Positions 1-10,275 are shown, counted from the first letter of the stretch. The stretch is 32,000 nucleotides of DNA from Vibrio vulnificus CMCP6 (GCF_000039765.1 NC_004459.3:3226104-3258103); one strand, 5' to 3'. Numbers and translations are program-made. The notes: generated by a model not told the origin, from the sequence alone.

Positions 1-1862
1 CGAACAGAGCCCGCATTGAGCATCTTCATAAAACCAGAGTCTTTATCCAATGCGACAACGTCGGTTGGTTCCCCCTCGGCGAGATAATAGCTCAGTTTGC
101 CCACAGCCCCCGTGATTAAAGGAGCGCCAATCGAGCCGAATGCAGAAGTCCAAGTGCCCTCGACAAGCGGTTGCGCCGCTTTTAGCTGACTATCAGCACT
201 ATTGATACGAACATTGACGTACTGTACCGGACCTGCCAAATAGTTGTTTGTTTCTGCTCTTCGAATGGTCAAACGGGTTTCACCCGCTTTCAAGACGTGC
301 AGAATGCCTCCGTCTAGCACTTTGACTACGTTAGGATCGCTGTTATTAAGTACCAACAAATCATTGGTACGGGGATTGAGATCTTGTTGAAGGTTGATCT
401 GAAGATCTTTGTAGTAGGTTTCTTGATAATCTTGCGTTTGATAAGGCTGTGCGGCCGCCTTTGCCACATCAATAGAGAGTGTAAACTGCGTTGATTGATA
501 CAACTCACCACCATCATCCTCAATTTGCAACGAGTATTGCCCCGCTTGCTCAATGAATAACGTTTTCTCCACAAGGGCCAGTTGAGGGGATGAACCACTC
601 ACTAATGTTAAACGACCTTTTTGACCCGCAAATTCAAACGGAATACGTAGATCTTGTTGATAAGTTAAAGAGATAGGATCTTGCTTGATGCCTTGGTGTG
701 GCGCTTTATCAATTTGGATGGTAAAACGTGCACTAGAGGCTTGATAGTTGCGCAGGTTTTGCTCAGTCACTTCCACTTCCGCCTGCCCTACACCATCAAT
801 AACGGGCAAGTTAGCAACGGTATCAATGTGGAGCACATCAGCACCGCTCAATAGTCGATACTGAACCTCGCCTTTGGCATTACTCACAACGGGTTGTAGA
901 CGGGCATTGGCTTGATATTCCGTCACCATATTGGCAACCGACAGCGGCTGGCGCGCAGCCTTATCAATCGTCACTTCGTATTCACTGGTTTGCTGAGCAG
1001 TTTTGTAAGTCTCTGGATAATATGCCGTGGCTTGCACCGTCACTTTGCCGCTGTTTTTGATCGCCAGCATGCCTTGGTTTTGCTGCGAAAACTCCGCGAC
1101 TTCCCAATCCGGTTCGCTTTTAACAATCTGATATACGATGCGTTCTGTTGGCGTCGTATCTAAGCGTTTTGGCGCTAACACCAACCCAGGTTGATATGCG
1201 CGAGAAAGTGCCGCAAAGCTAAGAGAGTCCGCGTCTACCGCTCTCACAATAACATCGGCTTCCACGCTTCGTTCAGAATAAAACTCATCACCCAAATCGA
1301 TCACTTGGATACGTGCAATACCAGGGCGACCTCGACTTTGTACTTCTCCTTGTGCAGAGAGATCAATGATAGCGTTAGGATCGGAGAGAACGCGATAACT
1401 CAACTCACCTTTTGCACCACGGACAGTAAGTGAACTTGGCGTGGATTGCGTGGTGGTTAAGTAAAGCGGACTGATGGAGAGAGCATCGTTCCAGCCCTTT
1501 TGAATGGTAATCGTAAAATTCGACTCTGAGGTTTGAAAGGTGTCGCTAGTGTCAATCGCCTTCACATGGGCAACACCTGGCTTTAATACTTTGATGCGGC
1601 CTTGGCTGTCGAGTAACACCACTTGTGCACTTTCGTCACCAATTAACTCAAACGCGACATCACCTTTCACTTCGAAAAGTTGCGGTTGAACAATCTCGCC
1701 ACTTTGTACATAGGTGGTGGTAAGGTCCAAAGATTCAAGAGGCGCACGATATTGCTTGCTTGGTTTCACAACCGCAGGGGCCGAACTACCGCCACCTCCG
1801 CCACCACACCCCACCAACACATTGGCAGTGAGCAATAAAATTAACCCATGTTCTATTCGCAT
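1..1862 (-). CDS. Partial lipoprotein with tandem bacterial Ig-like repeats; the C-terminus lies beyond the window start
   Basis: My own translation of the minus strand from the ATG at 1862-1860 stays open to position 1. The ORF track omits it because it has no stop in the window. A GAGG Shine-Dalgarno sits 7 nt upstream. The N-terminus is MRIEHGLILLLTANVLVGCGGGGGGSS, with an LVGC lipobox and a Gly-rich linker. At least 6 repeats of about 90-100 aa follow, each ending in a beta-strand-rich motif (FTITIQKG, VIVRAV, YEVTIDKA, FTIQIDKA, FTLSIDVAKA, YVNVRINS). Confidence 0.6.
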   Translation of the reverse strand, partial: MRIEHGLILLLTANVLVGCGGGGGGSSAPAVVKPSKQYRAPLESLDLTTTYVQSGEIVQPQLFEVKGDVAFELIGDESAQVVLLDSQGRIKVLKPGVAHVKAIDTSDTFQTSESNFTITIQKGWNDALSISPLYLTTTQSTPSSLTVRGAKGELSYRVLSDPNAIIDLSAQGEVQSRGRPGIARIQVIDLGDEFYSERSVEADVIVRAVDADSLSFAALSRAYQPGLVLAPKRLDTTPTERIVYQIVKSEPDWEVAEFSQQNQGMLAIKNSGKVTVQATAYYPETYKTAQQTSEYEVTIDKAARQPLSVANMVTEYQANARLQPVVSNAKGEVQYRLLSGADVLHIDTVANLPVIDGVGQAEVEVTEQNLRNYQASSARFTIQIDKAPHQGIKQDPISLTYQQDLRIPFEFAGQKGRLTLVSGSSPQLALVEKTLFIEQAGQYSLQIEDDGGELYQSTQFTLSIDVAKAAAQPYQTQDYQETYYKDLQINLQQDLNPRTNDLLVLNNSDPNVVKVLDGGILHVLKAGETRLTIRRAETNNYLAGPVQYVNVRINSADSQLKAAQPLVEGTWTSAFGSIGAPLITGAVGKLSYYLAEGEPTDVVALDKDSGFMKMLNAGSV

Positions 1863-2192
1863 TATTACGCCTCAACTGAATATTTACTCAACAGGCGCGG
1901 ACCTTATCACAAGGCAGAAAATTAAATCAGGCAAAGAAATCGGCAGATTTTGCGCGATTTCTTACATGCAAATAGGAATGAATCACATTGCTAAAAAACG
2001 CGTTACCAAACTCACAAATAAACGATACAAAACATGTAGTTATAGAAACTCACCTTTAGCTTACACTGTTATGAAAAATTAGAGAAAGCTGATATTGTGA
2101 ACATTGTTCATTTAAAATTCTTATCTTTGATACAGATAGATTCACTTGGTAACACCAATTTATTTACCATCGAAACTTATGCATCTCTTCCA

Positions 2193-2654
2193 TCATTGAC
2201 CAAGTGGTAGCGCGGTGGTGTATTTGAGTGGTTCCATAGCAAATGTCGAGGTGACGTTGGATATCCCCTCAACACTATTGACTAACTTCTTATAAAAAGT
2301 ATCGAAGTTTTTCATATCTTTGACCAACACTTTCATCATGTAGTCGTACTCACCCGCCATGCGATAGAACTCCATCACTTCCGGAAAATCATTTACCGTC
2401 GCAACGAAACGGTCATACCACGCATAAGAGTGATCACAGGTTTTAATTTGCACAAATGCGATAAATGAGAGATCTAATTTCTCTGCATTCAGCAAAGCCA
2501 CTTTCTTTTCAATAAAGCCTTCATCTTCTAAACGCTTCAGACGCTTCCAGCAAGGTGTCGTGGTGAGATTCACTTGCTCAGCCAAGTCACTCAAGGACAA
2601 GGTGCCATCCTGCTGCAATAGCGAAAGTAGCTTTAGATCAACTTTATCCAGCAT
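2193..2654 (-). CDS. ybaO: Lrp/AsnC-family transcriptional regulator (YbaO/DecR-like)
   Basis: 153 aa. N-terminal HTH ([28 protein letters not shown]) and a C-terminal RAM domain ([24 protein letters not shown]). It matches E. coli YbaO closely, as far as I recall that sequence. It is divergent from a PLP enzyme gene, as in the Salmonella ybaO-cdsH pair. Confidence 0.8.
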   Translation of the reverse strand: MLDKVDLKLLSLLQQDGTLSLSDLAEQVNLTTTPCWKRLKRLEDEGFIEKKVALLNAEKLDLSFIAFVQIKTCDHSYAWYDRFVATVNDFPEVMEFYRMAGEYDYMMKVLVKDMKNFDTFYKKLVNSVEGISNVTSTFAMEPLKYTTALPLGQ

Positions 2655-2677
2655 ACAATTATCAATCCGCTCAATTA

Positions 2678-2692
2678 TAGAAAATTTTTCTA
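2678..2692. promoter_or_regulatory. Candidate Lrp-family operator, 15-bp palindrome TAGAAAATTTTTCTA
   Basis: Perfect 7-bp arms around a central T. All 15 positions satisfy the E. coli Lrp SELEX consensus YAGHAWATTWTDCTR. It lies in the 129-bp divergent intergenic region, 24-38 bp upstream of the regulator start and about 92 bp upstream of the PLP-enzyme start. Confidence 0.45.
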
Positions 2693-2783
2693 CAATATAG
2701 AGACATCACCACATAAAAAGCAAAGCTTTTCTCTGCAAAGGTAGGTACTTTGTTACCGTCAATAAGAATTAAGAGAGGCCCCC

Positions 2784-3869
2784 ATGTGTACGGACCACAA
2801 CTGGATTAATAACGCGATTCGCAAGATTGAAGCTGACTTCCAACGCTCTGCTGATACCCATTTATTTAAGCTTGATCTTCCGTCTCTCGAAGGCATTGAT
2901 ATTTATCTCAAAGACGAAAGCACCCATCCAACCGGTTCGTTAAAACACCGCTTAGCGCGTTCGTTGTTTCTCTACGCGATTTGTAATGGCTGGATTGGTC
3001 CGGAAACCACCGTCATTGAATCATCTTCCGGCAGTACTGCCGTTTCAGAGGCATACTTCGCACGCTTACTGGGCTTACCTTTTATCGCGGTAATGCCGAA
3101 ATGCACCGCAAGAAAGAAAATCGAGCAAATTGAGTTTTATGGCGGTAAAGCCCATTTGGTGGATCGCTCCGATCAAATTTACGCAGAATCTCACCGCTTA
3201 GCCAAAGAGTTAAATGGTCACTATATGGATCAGTTCACGTACGCGGAGCGCGCAACGGACTGGCGTGGCAACAACAACATCGCGAACTCTATCTTCAGCC
3301 AAATGACGCTCGAAGAGCACCCAGAACCAAGCTGGATCGTGATGAGCCCGGGCACAGGCGGCACTTCGGCTACCATCGGTCGCTTTATCCGTTACCAAAA
3401 GCTGGACACCAAGCTGTGCGTGGTTGACCCAGAAAACTCGGTGTTCTTTGACTACTTCCAAAACGGTGATAAAACGATAACCGGTAATACGGGCAGTAAG
3501 ATCGAGGGCATCGGTCGTCCACGTGTTGAACCAAGCTTTATTGCTGGCGTTGTGGATGAAATGCGAAAAATCCCTGATGCCGCTTCTGTTGCGTGTACCC
3601 ACTGGGTATCTAAGCTGATTGGCCGTAAAGTTGGCGCCTCAACTGGCACAAACCTGTATGGTGTATTGCAATTGGCATGCGAAATGAAACAGCGTGGCGA
3701 GCGTGGCTCTATCGTGACCCTACTGTGTGACAGCGGAGATCGCTACTTAGACACCTACTTTAATGAAGAGTGGGTAAAAACCAACATTGGTGACATTCAA
3801 CCCTACTTAGAGCAGCTTGAAATCATTGAGCGCGATGGCTGCGTAGCCCCCATCTGCTGCCCTGCGTAA
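2784..3869 (+). CDS. PLP-dependent cysteine synthase-family enzyme (fold type II), possibly a CdsH-like cysteine desulfhydrase
   Basis: 361 aa. PLP-lysine motif [11 protein letters not shown] and glycine-rich phosphate loop [19 protein letters not shown] Shine-Dalgarno 5 nt upstream. The functional guess comes from its divergent pairing with the YbaO-like regulator. Confidence 0.75.
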   Translation: MCTDHNWINNAIRKIEADFQRSADTHLFKLDLPSLEGIDIYLKDESTHPTGSLKHRLARSLFLYAICNGWIGPETTVIESSSGSTAVSEAYFARLLGLPFIAVMPKCTARKKIEQIEFYGGKAHLVDRSDQIYAESHRLAKELNGHYMDQFTYAERATDWRGNNNIANSIFSQMTLEEHPEPSWIVMSPGTGGTSATIGRFIRYQKLDTKLCVVDPENSVFFDYFQNGDKTITGNTGSKIEGIGRPRVEPSFIAGVVDEMRKIPDAASVACTHWVSKLIGRKVGASTGTNLYGVLQLACEMKQRGERGSIVTLLCDSGDRYLDTYFNEEWVKTNIGDIQPYLEQLEIIERDGCVAPICCPA

Positions 3870-3894
3870 CGCAGAGAATAAAAACACTCGCGAT

Positions 3895-3931
3895 AAAAAA
3901 TGCCCACGTGATTCCGTGGGCATTTTGTTTT
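3895..3931. terminator. Bidirectional rho-independent terminator between convergent genes
   Basis: An A-run, then stem TGCCCACG / loop TGATTC / stem CGTGGGCA, then TTTTGTTTT. The flanking runs would let it work on both strands. Confidence 0.7.
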
Positions 3932-3973
3932 AGACAGTGCGACGAGTTGAGCTTAGCGAGGCATTCGCGTTCG

Positions 3974-4312
3974 TTATTTCTTCTGTTTTGCCTCAAAAGC
4001 CGCCAATTGCTCTGGCGTGGCTTCAGGTTGATGATTGGTTTTCCACTCGTCATAAGTCATGCCGTAAACACGCTCACGAGCATCATCTAAATCAAGATCT
4101 AGCCCTAAAACATCCGCTTCGGCTTTGTACCATTTGCTAAAGCAGTTACGACAAAAGCCTGCCAAAATCATCAAATCAATATTTTGCACCTCTTTGTTGG
4201 CATCAAGGTGAGCCAGCAAACGGCGAAATGCAGCAGCATCGAGTTTGTCTTGCTGCTCTTGAGTCAACTCTTGGTATTTAAACTGTGTCACTTTACTTTC
4301 CTTTATTCTCAT
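3974..4312 (-). CDS. DUF1244-family small protein
   Basis: 112-aa ORF with the motif LAGFCRNCFSKWY, which I associate with DUF1244. The true start may be the GTG at 4291, which is preceded by AAGGAAAG. That would give MTQFKYQELTQEQQ. Confidence 0.55.
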   Translation of the reverse strand: MRIKESKVTQFKYQELTQEQQDKLDAAAFRRLLAHLDANKEVQNIDLMILAGFCRNCFSKWYKAEADVLGLDLDLDDARERVYGMTYDEWKTNHQPEATPEQLAAFEAKQKK

Positions 4313-4455
4313 TTTTCCGTCTTAATCACGGGCGGATGACCAGCATAGTACAAAATCCACTAATAAAACCAAGCTCTTCGCCGAGTAATTGTGTACTATC
4401 TCAGCCAACACTCTCTTATGCATCTTATTGAATCACTCTTAGGTGGCGAACAATT

Positions 4456-5037
4456 ATGAAAAAAATTATGCTGGCGTGTTCAACATTATTACTTTCCCAA
4501 CCGGTTTTCGCGGAAAAAATGGGCGAGTTGCCGAACTACTTTTACCTTGGTGCAGGCACCATTGCTTTTGACGTTTCTGCTTACGGCGACAACAGTGGCA
4601 GCGAGCTTTCAACCCCAAACTTTACGATCGGCTTTGGTAAAAACTTCAATGAACATGTTGCTGTAGAAGGTCTGTTTCGCTACACGCAAAATGAAGTCAC
4701 CAACAGCACGACAGGAACCAGCCTTAACCTAGACTATTATCAAGCGGGCGTTTCCGCTCTGCTCTCCACGGGCAACTTAGGGGATACCCCGATTTCACTT
4801 TTCGGTCGCTTGTCGGGTTTAATCACCCAAGCAAACATGTATGACGTAACGAACAACGCAGTGAAAATCTCTGAAGAAGCGGGAATGATTTTCAACGTCG
4901 GGGGCGGATTAGGCTGGGATATGGGGCAAAATTTCTGGCTGAAAGCCGAATATGTCTATAGCTTTGCTGACGCAGGCTTTGACGATTTTTACGATAAGTA
5001 TTCTGGTTTTCAACTCTCTATCGGTAAGCAGTTCTAG
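4456..5037 (+). CDS. Small outer-membrane beta-barrel protein (OmpA-like transmembrane barrel / OmpW-size family)
   Basis: 193 aa. Signal peptide MKKIMLACSTLLLSQPVFA, alternating aromatic/hydrophobic beta-strand pattern, and a C-terminal Phe (SIGKQF) typical of BAM substrates. Confidence 0.7.
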   Translation: MKKIMLACSTLLLSQPVFAEKMGELPNYFYLGAGTIAFDVSAYGDNSGSELSTPNFTIGFGKNFNEHVAVEGLFRYTQNEVTNSTTGTSLNLDYYQAGVSALLSTGNLGDTPISLFGRLSGLITQANMYDVTNNAVKISEEAGMIFNVGGGLGWDMGQNFWLKAEYVYSFADAGFDDFYDKYSGFQLSIGKQF

Positions 5038-5070
5038 CATCGTAGCACTCTATACCAGCCGAGATAAAAA

Positions 5071-5105
5071 AGCCGAGGTTTTTGTTCCTCGGCTCTTTGG
5101 GTTTT
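5071..5105. terminator. Bidirectional rho-independent terminator
   Basis: AAAAA, then AGCCGAGG / loop TTTTTGTT / CCTCGGCT, then CTTTGGGTTTT. It lies between the convergent OMP and RND pump genes. Confidence 0.7.
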
Positions 5106-5114
5106 AGGATTGGT

Positions 5115-8100
5115 CTAACCGTGACTCACTCGGCCTTTGGTATCATGGCTGAGGGCTTGATTTAGTTCCACTTCCACATGCCCTGGCGCTTCTGTGTATC
5201 GAGATATTAAGCGATACATCGCAGGGATAACGAACAAAGTGACGAGGGTGGCAAAACCCATACCGAAGAAAATAACCGTACCAACAGCGACGCGGCTTTC
5301 GTAACCCGCCCCATCCGACAGGATAAGTGGAATCGCGCCCGCTAAGGTCGTGAAGGCGGTCATTAAAATCGGGCGCAACCGTCGTGCCGAGGCATCAATA
5401 ATGGCTTGTTCAAACTCAAAGCCACGGTCACGCAGTTGGTTAGCAAACTCAACAATCAAGATACCGTTTTTGGTCACCATACCGATCAGCATGATCATGC
5501 CGATCTGACTGTAGATGTTCATGCCTTGCTGCATGATGAGCAAGCCTAAGAAACCCCCAAACACCCCCATCGGCACGGTAAACATCACCACCAGAGGGTT
5601 AATGAAGCTTTCAAACTGCGCAGCAAGAACGAGGTAGGCCACCAGCAAGGCCAAGGCAAACACAATAGCAACGCTAGACTGGTTTTCTTTGAAGTCCTTC
5701 GATTCACCAGAGTAGCTGATGGTAATATCCCCCGGCAGCGTCTCGATCGCTTGCTGATCAAGAAAATCCAACGCATCACCCAGCGTGTAACCATCCGATA
5801 AGTTGGCGGTGATCGTAATCGCCTTTTGCTTGTTGTAGTGCGATAAGCGAATCGACGACGCAATTTCTTCAACGTTGGTCACTGTATCTAAGGTAACCAG
5901 ATCGCCACTTTTTGTGCGCAGATAGATTTGGCTCAGATCTGCGGCGTTATTAAAGCGATTTTCATCACCACGAAGATAAACATCGTACTCTTCACCACGT
6001 TCCACAAAGGTGGTTTCTTTACGCCCACCCAACATGATTTCTAAGGTATCGGAAATCTCTTTGATGCTGATGCCCAGTTCTGCGGCACGACGTTTGTCCA
6101 CCGATACCACCAGTTCCGGCGTTTTCTCAGAATAGTTGATCTCCGCCCCTTCCATAATTGGGGATTCTTCCGCTTTGTTCTTCAACACCTCGGCCCAATC
6201 GCGCAGTTCGTTGTAATCCGAGCCGCCAAGCACAAACTGCACAGGCTCACTCGAACCACCACGGAATCCGGGCATAAACGGGAAAACACGAACATCAGGA
6301 ATGCCCGCCAGCGCCTTACGCACTTCGCCTAATGCTTGTTGCGCTGTCACTGAACGTTCATTCCAATCATCCAAGATCATAATAACGAATCCGGTTTGGT
6401 CACCCGCTTGGCCCCCAAACGCCGGCGACTGGATGCTGAATGATTTGAGGAACCCTTGCCCTAACAGCGGCATTAAACGCTCTTCCACTAAGTCCATATT
6501 GGCAGACATGCGGTTATAACTGGTGGCATCGGCGCCACGGACAAAGGCAAAAATGACCCCTCGGTCTTCTTGTGGTGTTAATTGTGCTGGCACTTGATTC
6601 ATTAGCGCGTAGCTGCCGCCCATACAAGCAAGGATGATCACGGGCGCAAGCCATCGCCATGCGAGGGCTCGCTTTAGCAACGCGCGATAACCGGACTCTA
6701 ACTTGCCGAACAACACGTCCACGACGTCATTGAAGCGGTTTTTCTTAACATTGGCTTTGAGAATTTTGCTGCCTAAGACGGGGGTGAGCGTCAGCGCAAT
6801 CAATGATGAAAAAATCACGGACATCGCCAGCAACACCGAGAACTCGGTAAAGAGTAGGCCCACCATGCCATCCATGAAGGAGATCGGCAAAAACACCATC
6901 ACCAACACTAAGGTGGTGGCAATGACCGCAAAGCCTACCTCTCGCGTGCCTTTATAGGCCGCAAGCAAAGGCGATTCACCTTTCTCGATATGATGGAAAA
7001 TGTTCTCAACGACAACAATCGCATCGTCGACCACCAAACCGATAGAGAGAATCAAAGCCATTAAGGTGATGAGGTTAATCGAAAAACCAAAGTAGTACGC
7101 GGCAATAAAAGAGGAAATCAGCGATACAGGCACGGTCACCGCAGGGATCAAAGTCGCACGAGCTTGACCGATGAAGATATACAGCACGAGGATCACGAGC
7201 CCGCCAGTGATGAATAGAGTGCTATAAACTTCAGAAATAGAGCGTTCAATAAACACGGTTGAATCGTAGTCGATAGCGAGACGTGTCCCTTCTGGCAAAA
7301 ACTTCTGCACTTTATCGACTTCTTCATGCACTCTTTTTGCAACTTCAAGCGGGTTGGCGTCCGACTGAGGGACAATCCCCATGCTGACATTGACTACCCC
7401 GTCACTTTTAAACGTCGAGTTCTCATTCTCAGCACCAATAAAGACATCCGCCACGTCTTTGAGATAAATCGGCGTGTTGTCACTGGCACGCTTGACCACC
7501 AGATACTGGAAGTCTTCTACTGAGTTATAGCTGCGCGCGGTGCGAACAGACATCACCGTTTGATCGTTCCGCACTTGGCCCCCCGGACTTTCAAGGTTCT
7601 CACTGCGTAGCGCGGCGGTAATGTCCGTGGCAGTCACACCTCGTCCGGCCATCAGCTCAGGACTTAGCTTCACGTACATAACTTTGTACAAGCCACCCGA
7701 GATATCAACGGAACTCACTCCGGTGATAAGACTAAAGCGATCCATGAGTACACGCTCGATGTAATCGGTGAGCTGAGTACGATCCATCTCTGACGAGCTG
7801 AGGTTGATGTAAACGGATGCCTCACCGCTACCGTTGTTTTTAAACACGATAGGATCGTCGGCTTCCTCGGGTAGCGAACGCTGCGCACGCGCAACCGCAT
7901 CACGAACATCACTCACTCCAGTATTGAGGTCATAACCCAATTCAAAGGTAATGGTGATACGAGACATGCTGTTACGCGTGGTCGACGAGATCTCATCAAT
8001 ACCACTGATGCCTGAAAGTTGATCTTCAAGCACTGACGTGATCTGGCTTTCGATGATCGTCGCCGACGCCCCATCGTAACGCGTACTAATGGAGACAACT

Positions 8101-8228
8101 GGGCTTTCGATGTCCGGCATCTCGCGCACTGCCAATTTGCTGAACGAGACAAAACCAAACACACACAGCAACAAACTCAATACCAGCGCAGCAACTGGCC
8201 TTTTCACCGAAACATCAGAGAGTAACAT
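5115..8228 (-). CDS. RND efflux permease (AcrB/AcrD/AcrF family inner-membrane transporter)
   Basis: 1037 aa. N-terminal TM1 (VKRPVAALVLSLLLCVFGF), two large periplasmic loops and 12 TM-like hydrophobic blocks. Its start overlaps the adaptor stop (TAATG at 8226-8230). Confidence 0.95.
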   Translation of the reverse strand: MLLSDVSVKRPVAALVLSLLLCVFGFVSFSKLAVREMPDIESPVVSISTRYDGASATIIESQITSVLEDQLSGISGIDEISSTTRNSMSRITITFELGYDLNTGVSDVRDAVARAQRSLPEEADDPIVFKNNGSGEASVYINLSSSEMDRTQLTDYIERVLMDRFSLITGVSSVDISGGLYKVMYVKLSPELMAGRGVTATDITAALRSENLESPGGQVRNDQTVMSVRTARSYNSVEDFQYLVVKRASDNTPIYLKDVADVFIGAENENSTFKSDGVVNVSMGIVPQSDANPLEVAKRVHEEVDKVQKFLPEGTRLAIDYDSTVFIERSISEVYSTLFITGGLVILVLYIFIGQARATLIPAVTVPVSLISSFIAAYYFGFSINLITLMALILSIGLVVDDAIVVVENIFHHIEKGESPLLAAYKGTREVGFAVIATTLVLVMVFLPISFMDGMVGLLFTEFSVLLAMSVIFSSLIALTLTPVLGSKILKANVKKNRFNDVVDVLFGKLESGYRALLKRALAWRWLAPVIILACMGGSYALMNQVPAQLTPQEDRGVIFAFVRGADATSYNRMSANMDLVEERLMPLLGQGFLKSFSIQSPAFGGQAGDQTGFVIMILDDWNERSVTAQQALGEVRKALAGIPDVRVFPFMPGFRGGSSEPVQFVLGGSDYNELRDWAEVLKNKAEESPIMEGAEINYSEKTPELVVSVDKRRAAELGISIKEISDTLEIMLGGRKETTFVERGEEYDVYLRGDENRFNNAADLSQIYLRTKSGDLVTLDTVTNVEEIASSIRLSHYNKQKAITITANLSDGYTLGDALDFLDQQAIETLPGDITISYSGESKDFKENQSSVAIVFALALLVAYLVLAAQFESFINPLVVMFTVPMGVFGGFLGLLIMQQGMNIYSQIGMIMLIGMVTKNGILIVEFANQLRDRGFEFEQAIIDASARRLRPILMTAFTTLAGAIPLILSDGAGYESRVAVGTVIFFGMGFATLVTLFVIPAMYRLISRYTEAPGHVEVELNQALSHDTKGRVSHG

Positions 8229-9295
8229 TATTGCTCATCCTTCTTCGCTACGGTCTTTTGCCCTGTCGCTGCGCCGCCAATTTCTTTGACTAACACACCG
8301 TCACGCATGTTCACGATACCTTGCACGACGATTTTATCGCCGATGTTGACACCCGACTCGATCACCACTTGGTTCTCTACTCGCGCACCAAGCAGAACTT
8401 CTGTGCGTTTCGCTTTGTTGTCGCTGCCGATGACATAGACATAACGTTTGGTCCCGGAATACTCTAGTGCCTGCACCGGAATGATCGGCGCTTCAATCGC
8501 AGGGAACGCTAAGGCGGTATTGAGTAACATCCCTGGTTTCAACTGATTTTCCGGATTTTCAAACTGAATGCGCACGCGTAGGTTCAACGTTTCGGCGTTA
8601 ATCCGTGAGTCAATGCCCACCACCTTGCCAGTGAACACTTGTTTGCCCCAAGCGCTGGATGTTGCTGTCACAGGCATACCTATCGACAACATCGACAGAT
8701 AACGTTCCGGAATTCTCAGATCCAGTTGCATCAACGACAGATCGTCGAGCGTCAGTAATTCAGTGCCTGAGTTCACCAACTTGCCGCGGCTAAAATCGAC
8801 GAACCCCACCGTTCCGGCAAAAGGCGCGGTGATATGAAGATCATTCAAGTTGGCATTGGCCGCGGTCAAACGCGCTTGTGCAATCTCGACACTGGCTTTT
8901 TGCGCGTCAATTTCTGTTTGAGTAATCGCATTGCGGCTGACCAGTCGCTCAAACTCTTTCAGCTTTCTCTGCTCATCTTTTAGATAAGCTTTTGCTTCAG
9001 ATACGGCTGCTAAGGCTTTATCGTCCTCAAGCTTCACCAGCAATTGCCCTTTAGTGACATTCTGGTTGGCTTTCACTTGAATGCTTTCGACTTTGCCGGA
9101 CACTTCGGACGCAATCACCACTGACTGCACCGCTTCCAATTTGCCGACCAGCGCTAAAGATTGGCTAATTTGGTGTGTTTGCACTTCTTCGGCAACCACA
9201 GTAACAGCAGATGGCCCTCTTGGAGCAGCATGGGATAGAGAGGAAGTCCCCATAAGAGCCAGAGTAATAAATGAGATAAGAATGCGTTTTTTCAT
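8228..9295 (-). CDS. RND efflux periplasmic adaptor (membrane fusion protein, HlyD/AcrA family)
   Basis: 355 aa. Signal peptide MKKRILISFITLALMGTSSLSHA, a coiled-coil hairpin (EAKAYLKDEQRKLKEFERL...IAQARLTAANANL) and beta-barrel domains. It is translationally coupled to the pump. No outer-membrane factor gene is adjacent. Confidence 0.9.
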   Translation of the reverse strand: MKKRILISFITLALMGTSSLSHAAPRGPSAVTVVAEEVQTHQISQSLALVGKLEAVQSVVIASEVSGKVESIQVKANQNVTKGQLLVKLEDDKALAAVSEAKAYLKDEQRKLKEFERLVSRNAITQTEIDAQKASVEIAQARLTAANANLNDLHITAPFAGTVGFVDFSRGKLVNSGTELLTLDDLSLMQLDLRIPERYLSMLSIGMPVTATSSAWGKQVFTGKVVGIDSRINAETLNLRVRIQFENPENQLKPGMLLNTALAFPAIEAPIIPVQALEYSGTKRYVYVIGSDNKAKRTEVLLGARVENQVVIESGVNIGDKIVVQGIVNMRDGVLVKEIGGAATGQKTVAKKDEQ

Positions 9296-9483
9296 GTTCC
9301 GTCAATCAATAAAGCCATAGTTGAGATTATAAGTTTATCAGCTCTAGCGTACTGTAACGTCAAGTTGTGTAAATTATGGTGAGAAGTGAAGGATTTAGCG
9401 GCCTAAGTTGTCACCAAAATGTGTACTTTCTGGCATCTTTGCCCAAAAAGGCAGCATTCAACATGTAAAGCACAGAAAAAGGC

Positions 9484-9520
9484 TTTACACACTGAACTGG
9501 TTTGCTATGATGCGCTCCGC
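9484..9520 (+). promoter_or_regulatory. tyrT-like sigma70 promoter with a GC-rich discriminator, driving the tRNA-Tyr array
   Basis: TTTACA (9484-9489), 16-nt spacer, TATGAT (9506-9511), then GCGCTCCGC. This is nearly the same hexamers, spacing and discriminator as the E. coli tyrT promoter as I recall it (TTTACA-16-TATGAT-GCGCCCCGC). It sits about 70 nt upstream of the first tRNA. Confidence 0.55.
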
Positions 9521-9585
9521 ACTTGAGCGATGCGTTGGGAAAACACCGCTTAAGCCTAATCCAGATGAGGTTAGGAAAACACCCT

Positions 9586-9670
<85 letters not shown>

Positions 9671-9760
9671 TATTTCTTCTTGTGATTATCCTCTGGATTA
9701 ATTGTGAGAAACACTTGGATAGTGTGTTGGGAAAACACGTTCTAAGTATAAAAATACCCT

Positions 9761-9845
<85 letters not shown>

Positions 9846-9935
9846 TATTTCTTCTTGTGATTATCCTCTGGATTAATTGTGAGAAACACTTGGATAGTGT
9901 GTTGGGAAAACACGTTCTAAGTATAAAAATACCCT

Positions 9936-10020
<85 letters not shown>

Positions 10021-10040
10021 TATTCTTCGTAAGAATCGAA

Positions 10041-10066
10041 AGCCAGCTCATTGAGCTGGCTTTTTT
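10041..10066 (+). terminator. Rho-independent terminator of the tRNA-Tyr operon
   Basis: AGCCAGCTC / loop ATT / GAGCTGGCT followed by TTTTT. Confidence 0.75.
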
Positions 10067-10275
10067 CGTACTGAATTCAGCTCATCCATTCGCCTCTCCC
10101 ACCGTATGAACGATGGCGCAAGTAACACTTTTCGCTCTGATCACCGTGACAATGGCGACTCGAAAGGCATCCTCTTACGAACTGGCTTCAATGAAAAAGT
10201 CATTCCAAACCATCAGAGAGCACTTGACCTATAGAGTCAGCTGCCCTATCCAATGACTCTGTCAGTCCAACAGAT

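Noticed and set aside
1714-2082. 122-aa plus-strand ORF with a poly-Pro run (PPPPPPHP)
   Set aside because: The Pro run is the antisense of the lipoprotein's GGGGGG linker. The rest lies in the upstream intergenic region, so this is an artefact.
3210-4140. ORFs antisense to the PLP enzyme gene, or spanning the terminator and the DUF1244 gene (3210-3602, 3452-3649, 3823-4053, 3908-4090, 3937-4140)
   Set aside because: They overlap better-supported genes or the intergenic terminator, and their products show no recognisable features.
5585-8289. Many 65-95 aa ORFs inside or antisense to the RND pump gene
   Set aside because: They are nested in a strongly supported 1037-aa RND gene. They have biased, low-complexity (Arg/Ser-rich) products typical of off-frame translation.
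5115-9295. Assigning the RND pair to a named Vibrio cholerae vex system, or naming the species
   Set aside because: I cannot match the locus to any of the six V. cholerae vex operons from memory. Species identity cannot be established without a database search.
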